Positions 35,772 through 43,759 of a stretch of 54,049 nt of DNA are shown here, piece after piece; position 1 is the stretch's first letter, and each line of letters opens with the position of its first letter. The notes beneath the pieces are model-generated. The model made no database searches. It saw nothing but the letters and a program-made list of their open reading frames with translations, and was not told the DNA's origin. The DNA is from a virus (taxonomy: Duplodnaviria > Caudoviricetes): positions 1 through 54,049 of the IMG/VR virus record IMGVR_UViG_3300048011_000299. One strand, written 5' to 3'. Both the position numbers and the translations under genes were made by a program.

Positions 35772-35957
35772 CTACCCGCCGTAGACCTTGTGGTAGATTT
35801 CTCCCCGACTGATCCCCATATCTTTCAACTGACTGTCTGACAGGTTCTTCAACTGCCAGTAGTCTACCCGCCGTTGCTGCATGTCCTGCATCTTCTTGAC
35901 GATGGCTGCGTCACCTACAAAGGTGTGGACCATCACTGCAAACATCTTTCCAAACAT
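35772..35957 (-). CDS. DUF1127 (YjiS-like) small protein
   Basis: RR....QLKNLSDSQLKDMGISRGEI signature; AAGGAG RBS before MFGK. Confidence 0.8.
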   Translation of the reverse strand: MFGKMFAVMVHTFVGDAAIVKKMQDMQQRRVDYWQLKNLSDSQLKDMGISRGEIYHKVYGG

Positions 35958-36035
35958 ATCTATCTCCTTAGCTGTATGTGGTATCATTATACCAACTACG
36001 CCAACTAGGTAGTAGATAGATAAGTGGAATACCCG

Positions 36036-36461
36036 CTATGCTTTCAGGTAATCGATAGCTCTTTGCATCAAGTCTGGGTCATCTCTAAATTTACCCAAGC
36101 CTGTATTGCAGGAGTCACAGAGAAACCCTCTAAAGTTACCTGTGATGTGGTCATGGTCTAACCTGAACGGTGTCTTGTTTCCCATACCGGGTGAATATAA
36201 TTGGTCTGCAGTCTTCTGGCAGATAGGGCAGGAATGTTCTTCCGGTAGTTTATGTCTGTCGTGTAACTCACGCATCTTGGCGTTGTGTACTTTAAGACAT
36301 TTCTTGCAGGTACAGGCTCGGCCCAAGCTCTTAGACTTGTTGAAACCAAACCTGTCTATTGGCAGTACCTGTCTGCAGCCAGAACAACGCTTAGTATCCC
36401 CAGAGTAGACTTCGTCTGAAGTAGCGTCTTTCCAGCCAAATAGGTTAGGCTGTTGGGTCAT
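36036..36461 (-). CDS. Endonuclease VII-family (His-Me finger) nuclease
   Basis: CPIC..LDHDHITG.FRGFLCDSCNTGLG.FRDDP; extra N-terminal CxxC pairs. Confidence 0.85.
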   Translation of the reverse strand: MTQQPNLFGWKDATSDEVYSGDTKRCSGCRQVLPIDRFGFNKSKSLGRACTCKKCLKVHNAKMRELHDRHKLPEEHSCPICQKTADQLYSPGMGNKTPFRLDHDHITGNFRGFLCDSCNTGLGKFRDDPDLMQRAIDYLKA

Positions 36462-36783
36462 AGTCAGCGTCAAAAAGATCAGCAACTACTTCGTCGCTTC
36501 CTTCTATCGTCTGAGCTAATTCCCTTAGCTTAGTAGCTTCCTTAGTGAGTTCAGAGGCTATGTCGTATAACTCCCCATACTCAGACTCCGCATTGTCCAA
36601 GACAAACTGAGTAATCTCCCAAAATGGTTTCTGGATAGTAACCTTCTCATCCTCACCAACTTCCAAAGTAGTCTGAAGGTACAACATCCCTGAGTCTGGT
36701 ACTTGCAAGTCGTGGTCTAAGAAAAACGGTAGCCCGTCAGCAAACAGGACGCCGTCTTCTCCAAAGTCTTTATCATTAGCCAT
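36445..36783 (-). CDS. Acidic hypothetical protein (112 aa)
   Basis: First ORF of the minus-strand late arm; promoter directly upstream. Confidence 0.6.
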   Translation of the reverse strand: MANDKDFGEDGVLFADGLPFFLDHDLQVPDSGMLYLQTTLEVGEDEKVTIQKPFWEITQFVLDNAESEYGELYDIASELTKEATKLRELAQTIEGSDEVVADLFDADYDPTA

Positions 36784-36818
36784 AGGTAATCCAAATAAAT
36801 AAATAAAATATGCCGCTT

Positions 36819-36847
36819 AGTATATACTACTTAGCAACACTTTACAA
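36819..36847 (-). promoter_or_regulatory. Sigma70-type promoter
   Basis: Minus strand TTGTAA-17 nt-TATACT. Confidence 0.6.
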
Positions 36848-36849
36848 GT

Positions 36850-37557
36850 GCCTTTGCTAATTTGCTAACTACTGAAGTAGTACGTTGACAGATTATTTGC
36901 TGGAGTAATCGGCTGGGGGCGATTTACAGTTGCTATTTTCTAAAAATAGGTGGGAGTTGTATACGGACCCAGTACCGGGGGGGGTGGCACATGCAGGGTC
37001 GGCTGCGCTGGCCGTCGATCTAGAGTCATTTTATTAAGTCATTGATTTTATTAAATAAAATATAAACCGGTGACTGAATAGTTCATAGGCTGATAGTGAT
37101 TTGTGTAATAAAATCATGCGCTTGGAATAAATCGCTCATAAAAATAATGGCAGATTGTGCAAACGGCCAAAAAAATACTGCTTTCCAGCCGGTTTTTTCT
37201 GAGCAGCCAGCCAGCAGCCAGTGCATGACGGGTGCATATGCTGCGAGCGCGGGTTGTGCTGGTGCATCCTCAGCCCTCTTCCTGCCATCCCTCAGTCACC
37301 GGCTCGAACCGCCAGCCTGAGCAGCCGACATCAGCCCATGACCCCATGATATGCTGCCACTTGCTTTCGGCTCTGTGCGGCGTTCTCTGGGCCTGTGGCA
37401 GGGTGTTAACCCCCAAATCTATATAGCCCTCACGCTCGATATAAGCGCCACTGAATAGGGGTAATTGTTTTGGGTATAATTATGCCATCTAACTGTTTGG
37501 CTACTGTGTGAGGCTTACAGCGCCTCTGAGAGCATACTACATTCTGGTCTTCGGACA
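36850..37557. other. Large non-coding region; candidate physical genome terminus / packaging site
   Basis: No credible gene; G8 tract at about 36977-36984; IHF consensus at 37035-37047; compositional shift. Confidence 0.45.
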
Positions 37558-37583
37558 CAAAAAAACCGGCTCGAAAGCCGGTT
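37558..37583 (-). terminator. Terminator of the early minus-strand operon
   Basis: Minus strand aaccggct-TTCG-agccggtt followed by a T tract. Confidence 0.8.
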
Positions 37584-37609
37584 GTTCTGGTTTGTTTGTT
37601 TGGGCTGAT

Positions 37610-37906
37610 CTACTTACCAGCGCCTCGAAGCCTGACGATCAAGGCGCATTCCATCAGGTTTCTTTTGACATAGTAATGGTCCAATTCTTTTGTGTCCTTC
37701 TGACTGTCTCTTGTGATGTAAGCGATCAGCCGGTTGGTTGCTGCATATGCTCTGACCAGTTCAGCGTCAGGCGTATTAGCGATAGCCTCGTTTATTATAA
37801 ATTGCGTGTCTCCAATAGCCAAATCAGACAGCTTCAAGTGATGCCACCTGACGGCTGCGGGGCGGTTTTGCGCTGCCATCACCATCTTTTGCTGCACCAT
37901 ATCCAA
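37610..37906 (-). CDS. Early hypothetical protein (up to 98 aa; start uncertain)
   Basis: ORF ending just before the terminator. Confidence 0.5.
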   Translation of the reverse strand: MDMVQQKMVMAAQNRPAAVRWHHLKLSDLAIGDTQFIINEAIANTPDAELVRAYAATNRLIAYITRDSQKDTKELDHYYVKRNLMECALIVRLRGAGK

Positions 37907-38067
37907 GCGGCTGCGTTTGGCAGGTGGCCGATTTCATCCAGCACAATGCTGTCGATTTCTACATCACGCTCGATGTCGATTGGCTCTTGCACTTCAGCGA
38001 ATTGAACATGGGCTGACCACTGAGCAGACTGCGTGCCGGTGGTGGTTTCTAAGAATAGTTTTTCCAT
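37879..38067 (-). CDS. Early hypothetical protein (62 aa)
   Basis: Start re-called at MEKLF. Confidence 0.45.
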   Translation of the reverse strand: MEKLFLETTTGTQSAQWSAHVQFAEVQEPIDIERDVEIDSIVLDEIGHLPNAAAWIWCSKRW

Positions 38068-38170
38068 CAGGATATACCCCAGATTAAATTGATAAGATTG
38101 ATTGCAAACAAGATCACAACCAGTGAAGCAGCGGCTCGATTGAGCCACCGCATTGTTTTGATTGGATCGA

Positions 38171-38509
38171 TCACGCTCGAACTCTCGACACAGTGATCGG
38201 CTGGTCACGCTGCTCCGGTGTCACATCCACGACTGGGCGTTTGTTGGCTAAAGCGTAGCGCCGTGCTGCCTCAAACAGTTTGGGCAATTGGTCATATCTG
38301 ACGCAGAATATGATGTCGGAATGCTCATCTACCTGACTTTCGAGGTAGAGCAGCTTCCAGCCGTTTTCTGCAAAAGCCCAATGCAGAGGCGGCACAAAGA
38401 ATGTGTTCTTTGGGTCAGAGCTAATTAGGGCAAGCTCCCAATTACCGGCGGCGCTTTCATGGATGGAAATCTTATGATCCGGTCCGACATGCTTTTGAAT
38501 GGTTTTCAT
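38171..38509 (-). CDS. Early hypothetical protein (112 aa)
   Basis: GGAGG RBS. Confidence 0.6.
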   Translation of the reverse strand: MKTIQKHVGPDHKISIHESAAGNWELALISSDPKNTFFVPPLHWAFAENGWKLLYLESQVDEHSDIIFCVRYDQLPKLFEAARRYALANKRPVVDVTPEQRDQPITVSRVRA

Positions 38510-38512
38510 AGA

Positions 38513-38686
38513 TCAGCCCTCCTGCTTTGGGATTTGGATGGTGTAGCGGGTTTCGGCGTGCTTGAAGTAATAGACGCCGTCCTTTTCACCCATGAACATG
38601 AAGTCAAACTTCACCGCTTCCATGAACGCCTCGAAAGCTTTTTCGGTGTTTGCTCTGGTAATGCGCGGTCCTTTAATGCCGTACAT
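38513..38686 (-). CDS. Early hypothetical protein (57 aa, not in the ORF track)
   Basis: MYGIKGPRITRANTEKAFEAFMEAVKFDFMFMGEKDGVYYFKHAETRY...; GGAGGT RBS. Confidence 0.65.
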   Translation of the reverse strand: MYGIKGPRITRANTEKAFEAFMEAVKFDFMFMGEKDGVYYFKHAETRYTIQIPKQEG

Positions 38687-38688
38687 GA

Positions 38689-38964
38689 TCACACCTCCAC
38701 ATAAACGATGGTGTCAGGCTTCAGGAATATCTCCTTGCACACATCATCAGCCGAACTGCATGAGAAATTGGCAAAGGCTGGCATCCCATACTTTGATTTT
38801 GGGTTGTAGTGATTTCTGACAAATTCGCCTTTGGCGTTTGGCTTGCGTCTGAAATATTCACCCTCTTTAACAGAGCGCAGCGCGACTGCCTGCATCCCGT
38901 TTTCTAGCGTCATAATATCTGCCGCCATTTCATTGAGCAGGTTCAGGTTTGGTTGATTGGTCAT
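38689..38964 (-). CDS. Early hypothetical protein (91 aa)
   Basis: GGAGGT RBS; ATGA overlap with the upstream gene. Confidence 0.65.
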   Translation of the reverse strand: MTNQPNLNLLNEMAADIMTLENGMQAVALRSVKEGEYFRRKPNAKGEFVRNHYNPKSKYGMPAFANFSCSSADDVCKEIFLKPDTIVYVEV

Positions 38965-39224
38965 TGGCTCACCTCCGCAAAAGCAGCACTGAATACTTCC
39001 AACATATAATGACCACTTGAGCAGTCGTATTCCTGATCATTCAAAGCACGGTCAAAGTATGCTTTTGTGAGCGCTTCGTTTTTGCTGTCGAAAGTAAAAC
39101 GTCCAAATTCACAATCCCGAAAATGCCCTTCAGTGATCCACTTACCCTTTGCGTTTTTCACTTGGATATCCCAGTCAAAACCATTTTGGTTTTTTGCTAT
39201 TTTTGTTTCAATTTTATCTGTCAT
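38961..39224 (-). CDS. Early hypothetical protein (87 aa)
   Basis: Conserved AACCAA..AAGGACCAAATAAATG leader. Confidence 0.65.
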   Translation of the reverse strand: MTDKIETKIAKNQNGFDWDIQVKNAKGKWITEGHFRDCEFGRFTFDSKNEALTKAYFDRALNDQEYDCSSGHYMLEVFSAAFAEVSQ

Positions 39225-39264
39225 TTATTTGGTCCTTTTTGGTTGGTTGGTTTCGATCAGGCAC

Positions 39265-39293
39265 AGATGCCCGTGACCCCTGTTAACATGCAA
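39265..39293 (-). promoter_or_regulatory. Putative early promoter with a GTTAAC box
   Basis: Minus strand TTGCAT-17 nt-GCATCT; GTTAAC at 39282, with three more copies up to 39383. Confidence 0.4.
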
Positions 39294-39463
39294 ATATTAA
39301 TTATGTCCACAATAAACTGTTAACAGACCGCGATAAGTTAACAGGCCAATAGAGCGCATATAACGGCCACTGAGTGAGTTAACAGGTTCTGCTACTTAGA
39401 GGTCATGAAATCGGCTAGACCCCACTCACCGGCGATTTTCGGTTTTTTCGGGGTAATTTTGCC

Positions 39464-39492
39464 AAAAAAAAGCCCCATCCGAAGACAGGGCC
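39464..39492 (-). terminator. Intrinsic terminator
   Basis: Minus strand gccctgtc-TTCG-gatggggc then T8. Confidence 0.75.
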
Positions 39493-39514
39493 AGTTCAGG
39501 GGAGAATTTACTGG

Positions 39515-39688
39515 TCAGCCGGTGGCTTTTTCCAGCCGGTCTATTGATCGGTTTAGCTTGGCTGCTTTTCTTTGCAGAGCCAGCAACCGGCGGCGTTCAG
39601 TTCGACGGCTGCGGGTAGGGGTGGTGGCTGCATATGAAAACTGGCCGGTCATAAAATCAGATGGCTTATGTTTGAAGCTTTTTCCCAT
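39515..39688 (-). CDS. Small Arg-rich early protein (57 aa, not in the ORF track)
   Basis: MGKSFKHKPSDFMTGQFSYAATTPTRSRRTERRRLLALQRK...; GGAGG RBS; TAATG overlap. Confidence 0.6.
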   Translation of the reverse strand: MGKSFKHKPSDFMTGQFSYAATTPTRSRRTERRRLLALQRKAAKLNRSIDRLEKATG

Positions 39689-40590
39689 TATGCTGCCTCC
39701 AGAAAACGGTTATCTGAAATCCACTTATTAACCTCTAATTCACGCTGCATCATATTGGCTGCGCGGTTTTGATTAGCGGCATCAGTCTGGCGCAATGCAA
39801 ACCCGTTTCGATCATCCGCATAAGTGGCATAATTGGTCCAAGCAGATACCAGAGCGAATTTGTTTTTACCTCTGATTGCGGCCTCTGATTTATACAGCGA
39901 AAACATTTTGTCTGCTTTGTTTTCGACTTGCCGCTTGCTGTCGGGGTTGGGCTTTGGAGCCATCATCGAATTGAGCAGCGCCTTCACCGTGCCATCGGTC
40001 AGGCTGGTTTGGGCAAATACTTTCAGCCGTGCGCTGTCAGCATAAAAATCATTCTTCGCTGTCCGAAGCTGCTTGATAAAACCTTCCATTGAGAACTGGC
40101 TGCTATTTCTGCGGCGCACCTTCGAGTGTTCTCCCGATACCATCCCATTTAAACAGAATGCATCTATCGCGCCGAATAGGGTGGTGTTCGATCCAGAGCC
40201 GCCGTCGATAGAGTGCAAGGCAATGATGCGCTGCTTGATGGTTGTCTGGTGTTCGTCGGTTTCAATCTGTGTTGCGATAGATGGAAACTGGATATCCATC
40301 ATTCCAAAAGCACCATTTCTGCCAGACTGAAATCTAAGCTGCGCGCCCTCAGTGTCGGCTGGGTCCATGTTCTCGGTCACCTGTTGCCATACACCCTCGA
40401 AGAAACTGCGGTGGCTGGCGCATGAGAACGTGTCTCCCACATGCCCCAGCACCTTGCCGGTGTTTCCATCGATCACAAATTTGTGCCGGTCCTGTCGGCT
40501 TGCTTCGAACACCGGATCGAAATCCAGATCAGTTGGCAGTTCGAGGTCTTGGCTGAAGTTTTGAAAATCTAACATATTTCTCTCTTTCAT
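39688..40590 (-). CDS. DUF932-family protein
   Basis: ALHSIDGGSGS..FGAIDAFCLNGMV resembles the NSHDG..C.NG motif; start at 40590 or 40575. Confidence 0.65.
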   Translation of the reverse strand: MKERNMLDFQNFSQDLELPTDLDFDPVFEASRQDRHKFVIDGNTGKVLGHVGDTFSCASHRSFFEGVWQQVTENMDPADTEGAQLRFQSGRNGAFGMMDIQFPSIATQIETDEHQTTIKQRIIALHSIDGGSGSNTTLFGAIDAFCLNGMVSGEHSKVRRRNSSQFSMEGFIKQLRTAKNDFYADSARLKVFAQTSLTDGTVKALLNSMMAPKPNPDSKRQVENKADKMFSLYKSEAAIRGKNKFALVSAWTNYATYADDRNGFALRQTDAANQNRAANMMQRELEVNKWISDNRFLEAA

Positions 40591-40651
40591 TGATTGGTTG
40601 GTTTGTTCGTTGGCTTGGCAGCCCCAGAGATTGGAGCCGCCGGTTTTTTAA

Positions 40652-40867
40652 TTAAGCAGCACGCCAGAGGCGCGAGCTATCATCATCGATCTTGCGGCAA
40701 GTGGCCTTGAACCCGTGTGATTTCATCGCGTTTATGATGCTGCTCACATTTGCGTTGGGAACCTTGAGGCTGTCACCTACGGCCATTGGCTTGGTCAGGT
40801 TTACCCATTTGCCTAAAATGGTTTCAGGCAGCGGAATATTCTTTTCGAGGATTACTTGATCTGTCAT
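40652..40867 (-). CDS. Small early protein (71 aa), possibly DNA-binding
   Basis: LEKNIPLP..KW..MAVGDS..RLWR; conserved leader. Confidence 0.65.
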   Translation of the reverse strand: MTDQVILEKNIPLPETILGKWVNLTKPMAVGDSLKVPNANVSSIINAMKSHGFKATCRKIDDDSSRLWRAA

Positions 40868-40953
40868 TTATTTGGTCCTTTTTTCGTTGGTTGCTGACTG
40901 ATCGTCAGGCAGGAAACATCACTTCCCTACTACAGGCCCATAGGCCTGTTTCA

Positions 40954-41169
40954 CTATGCAACCATAAACAGGCGTTCTTGCGCCTCTGCAATTTGCCACT
41001 GCTTCATAGACCGGCCCTCGAAAATCGGCACGATGCGGTCATTACGCTCGACAACGATATAATTGCATTGATCGAGCCGATAACCGCGCAGCGCATGGTC
41101 AAGGCGCTTTTCGTTTGCGTAGGATTTGGCTGATTTTAATTTGATGGCGCTACGATTACGTTTCTGCAT
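40954..41169 (-). CDS. Early hypothetical protein (71 aa)
   Basis: Start re-called at MQKRN after the AAGGACCAATCAA leader. Confidence 0.6.
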   Translation of the reverse strand: MQKRNRSAIKLKSAKSYANEKRLDHALRGYRLDQCNYIVVERNDRIVPIFEGRSMKQWQIAEAQERLFMVA

Positions 41170-41281
41170 TTGATTGGTCCTTTTCATTTTCATTTTGTGT
41201 CTGCTCGTTCAGCCAGACGTTTATGCTTTCTATTTCACCGAAGAATAAATCGTCGGGCATTTCCCTTAAGTCGTTTGACAT
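41156..41281 (-). CDS. Small acidic early protein (41 aa, not in the ORF track)
   Basis: MSNDLREMPDDLFFGEIESINVWLNEQ...; AAGGT RBS. Confidence 0.4.
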   Translation of the reverse strand: MSNDLREMPDDLFFGEIESINVWLNEQTQNENEKDQSNAET

Positions 41282-41371
41282 TGTTGAACCTTTTTTGCTG
41301 TCAGTTAAAAATAATGCTCAAAACGTCGAGCCAGCACGATAAAAACCCATACAAGGCGAAAAAGTATTTGA

Positions 41372-41581
41372 TTAGCGCACCGCCTTTATTAGGTGGTTCT
41401 CCATTGTGATAATGCCAAACCATTCTCTGCCTTTTCCGGTGATATGTGGGCGGTTTGCTACAGTCAGTTCGCCATCGCCTCGATACTGAGGGCCAAATAG
41501 GCTGGTCTCTATATAAGACAGCGGTTTGCCTACGTTTTCTTTGCAAGCTTTTTTGCTTGGGTAATTTGCTATCATTGTCAT
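41372..41581 (-). CDS. First early minus-strand gene (69 aa)
   Basis: YPSKKACKENVGKPLSYIETSLFGPQY; conserved leader. Confidence 0.65.
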   Translation of the reverse strand: MTMIANYPSKKACKENVGKPLSYIETSLFGPQYRGDGELTVANRPHITGKGREWFGIITMENHLIKAVR

Positions 41582-41637
41582 TTTATTGGTCCTTTTCGTT
41601 TGTTGGTTGATAGACGCAAATCTAGCGTCTGTGCCGA

Positions 41638-41667
41638 AGTCTACAGGAAACCCGTTAACAATTACAA
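41638..41667 (-). promoter_or_regulatory. Leftward early promoter
   Basis: Minus strand TTGTAA-18 nt-TAGACT; TGTTAAC in the spacer. Confidence 0.6.
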
Positions 41668-41876
41668 TAGTTAAATTAATAATTAATAACCTGACTAATT
41701 GGTCAACAAACGATTTTAAAAAATGATTTTTATTTTTTTTCCTTTCCCTGACCGGAGCGCCAGAAGGCCTTGTGAGTAATCTATCCGCTTATACGGCTGA
41801 GTATCTTTATTTTTATAGGTGTATAATGATTTGGTCGCGCAAGTAATTTTCTTAATCGAACTGTTAACTTATTTGA

Positions 41877-41906
41877 TTGACAACCTGTTAACCGCTGTTG
41901 TAGACT
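41877..41906 (+). promoter_or_regulatory. Rightward early promoter
   Basis: TTGACA-18 nt-TAGACT; CTGTTAAC on both sides of the -35. Confidence 0.7.
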
Positions 41907-41938
41907 GTCAATTCAACCAACGAATAAGGACCAATCAA

Positions 41939-42127
41939 ATGAAAGCTACTGCAATACATCACTTAATGAACGACTACTTGGAGAGTCACACGCTGGTTAA
42001 GGCTTGGCGGCTGCTAAACTACGTGCGGAAGTATCCCACAGCACTCTGCGGCCTTAACCGCACTGAGTTGGCTATATACAAGGCCATCGTCAACAACTGT
42101 GGCGAGGAGATGTCGAATGCAAGCTAG
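41939..42127 (+). CDS. First rightward early gene (62 aa)
   Basis: Start re-called at MKATA after the CAACCAACGAATAAGGACCAATCAA leader. Confidence 0.65.
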   Translation: MKATAIHHLMNDYLESHTLVKAWRLLNYVRKYPTALCGLNRTELAIYKAIVNNCGEEMSNAS

Positions 42128-42455
42128 TATTAAAATAACTCAGCGTATGCTGAATAAGTCCATTATCGATGCGAACAAGTCAGTGGTGGCATTTGCCAAA
42201 GAGTATCTGCCACACGACTACGATCACATATCTACCCTGCCAAGCAGGAAGGCTATTTTTACAGGTGTATGGACACACGCCGATAGCTTACCTGTTCCGG
42301 TACGCCTGTATCTAAGACCTCGCGGTGATAGGCTGCTATCTATCGGCAGTTTAAAGCTGTTTGCAAAGGCCGGTGATACTGTAACCTTCAGCCCAGCCTC
42401 TGACCCTTCCAACTACCAACTGGAGCTAGGTCTGATCGAAGGAGAGGCGGCATGA
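42117..42455 (+). CDS. Stand-alone putative DNA-recognition domain protein (112 aa)
   Basis: T..MLNKSIIDA..V..F..HDY..LY.RP.GDR..LK.FA..GD; recalled similarity to the N-terminal domain of MvaI/BcnI-type restriction enzymes. Confidence 0.45.
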   Translation: MQASIKITQRMLNKSIIDANKSVVAFAKEYLPHDYDHISTLPSRKAIFTGVWTHADSLPVPVRLYLRPRGDRLLSIGSLKLFAKAGDTVTFSPASDPSNYQLELGLIEGEAA

Positions 42456-42844
42456 GTGGATGTGGAAGCACCCTAGACTTTGAGTACATAAAAGCAATTA
42501 TTCGTTACAATCAGATGGATAAGAAAAAGGTAGTCTATTTAAACTATCATGGTGACCTCCTAAAACTTCAAGAGGAAGTCAGTATGAATGGTAAAAAGTA
42601 TATTGGATACCGCTGCCTAAGCTCAATTGATCCATTTAACCGCTGGAACCTTAACAAACATTTCATAGGAAAATGGACTACTGGAACGAAAGTAGAATTT
42701 GTACGTGACGGTGAGAAGGTTCTATTTGCCGGTCTCTCATCTCCACGGTTGGAAGAGCTAACTTCAGACATGACCGGCATGTTGGAAGTGTGGAACCTAA
42801 ACATCCAGCGGTATGAACAAACTACTGAGAGGTGTGCGGCATGA
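42452..42844 (+). CDS. Hypothetical protein (130 aa)
   Basis: ATGA overlap; RBS. Confidence 0.6.
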   Translation: MSGCGSTLDFEYIKAIIRYNQMDKKKVVYLNYHGDLLKLQEEVSMNGKKYIGYRCLSSIDPFNRWNLNKHFIGKWTTGTKVEFVRDGEKVLFAGLSSPRLEELTSDMTGMLEVWNLNIQRYEQTTERCAA

Positions 42845-43152
42845 AGCTCTATACCAACAACCAAGGCCACTGGTCAGGCACTCAGGCTGATGCTCGCAAG
42901 CGTTTTAAGAATGACATGCGCCTAGTCGAGGTTCCGGTAGATAAGCCCAATCTGCTTGCCTTCCTGAATGATAACGCAGTGGGTTCTTTCGAGGCTCTCG
43001 GTCACAAGCCAGAGCCAAACCCTGATCAACTAGCACCACACGCAACTAGCTGGGTGTCTTGGGCCTTAGAGCGCCTACAGCACGGACAGAAGAAGGACGC
43101 AGAGGAGATGCTTATCAAAGGTCTCAAGATACAGAAGGAGATGGCTCAATGA
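42841..43152 (+). CDS. Hypothetical protein (103 aa)
   Basis: MKLYT..W.GTQADA..EVPVDKP.LL.FLN. Confidence 0.65.
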   Translation: MKLYTNNQGHWSGTQADARKRFKNDMRLVEVPVDKPNLLAFLNDNAVGSFEALGHKPEPNPDQLAPHATSWVSWALERLQHGQKKDAEEMLIKGLKIQKEMAQ

Positions 43153-43472
43153 AAACCATTCTACTATATAACAAGCGCCTACAAATCACTGCCCAAGAAG
43201 AACGCGCTCTACGCATCATCCGCAAGAAGAAGTTTGTTGCTAAGAAGGATGATTTTAAGGAGCGTAAGGGGCGCGGTAATTACAAGTCAATTCTTCCAAC
43301 AGACCCGCAGATAGGTATCTCCCTCGAACCTAATTGGCGAGGACAGTTTAAACAATCAACACGGGCTGAGAAGTTCTTTGCCCATAACCCTCGCTGCCGT
43401 CATGCGGTCATAGGTAATGTTCGTCGGGTGAATACTATCCTCGATAAAATAGAGTCGGGGGATTTTGGATAA
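43149..43472 (+). CDS. Basic hypothetical protein (107 aa)
   Basis: Start re-called at MKTIL (AAGGAG RBS, ATGA overlap). Confidence 0.6.
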   Translation: MKTILLYNKRLQITAQEERALRIIRKKKFVAKKDDFKERKGRGNYKSILPTDPQIGISLEPNWRGQFKQSTRAEKFFAHNPRCRHAVIGNVRRVNTILDKIESGDFG

Positions 43473-43759
43473 TGGCTAAAGAAGAAGTATTCAGCAAGTT
43501 TATATGGTCTATTGGTGGTTTGACTGAGGTTATTGGTCAAATGCACTGTAGCACCACCAATGAAGCTACGGCGCTGCACTGGCACGACGATGAGAATTAC
43601 TGGTTCACGTTAGAAATGCGGGAAGACGGTGTCTACGCAGAGATAGATGACAGTACGGATGCAAAGACTATGTACGCTGCTATCGGTTACTGCCAGTATC
43701 ATGGCATCTCCTACAGTCTTATTTGGCAAGACTACAGAAAGGAGAAGTCTAATGGCTAA
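43472..43759 (+). CDS. Hypothetical protein (95 aa)
   Basis: TAATG overlap. Confidence 0.6.
   Translation: MAKEEVFSKFIWSIGGLTEVIGQMHCSTTNEATALHWHDDENYWFTLEMREDGVYAEIDDSTDAKTMYAAIGYCQYHGISYSLIWQDYRKEKSNG

Noticed and set aside
36025-36041. LysR-type (LsrB/VtlR-like) box GCATAGCGGGTATTCC upstream of DUF1127
   Set aside because: A single imperfect palindrome overlapping the upstream stop codon; too weak to call without comparative data.
36036-36461. Intron- or intein-encoded homing endonuclease
   Set aside because: It is a free-standing ORF; no interrupted gene or splice elements are seen around it.
35635-41870. Canonical full CtrA boxes
   Set aside because: TTAA pairs at 35637 and 41852 are spaced by 8 nt, not 7; kept only as a half-site or unknown-operator hypothesis.
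39224-41941. CRISPR-like or mini-array from the repeated TTGGTCC/TTGGTTG motifs
   Set aside because: Copies are degenerate, irregularly spaced and each sits at a gene start; there is no repeat-spacer periodicity and no cas gene.
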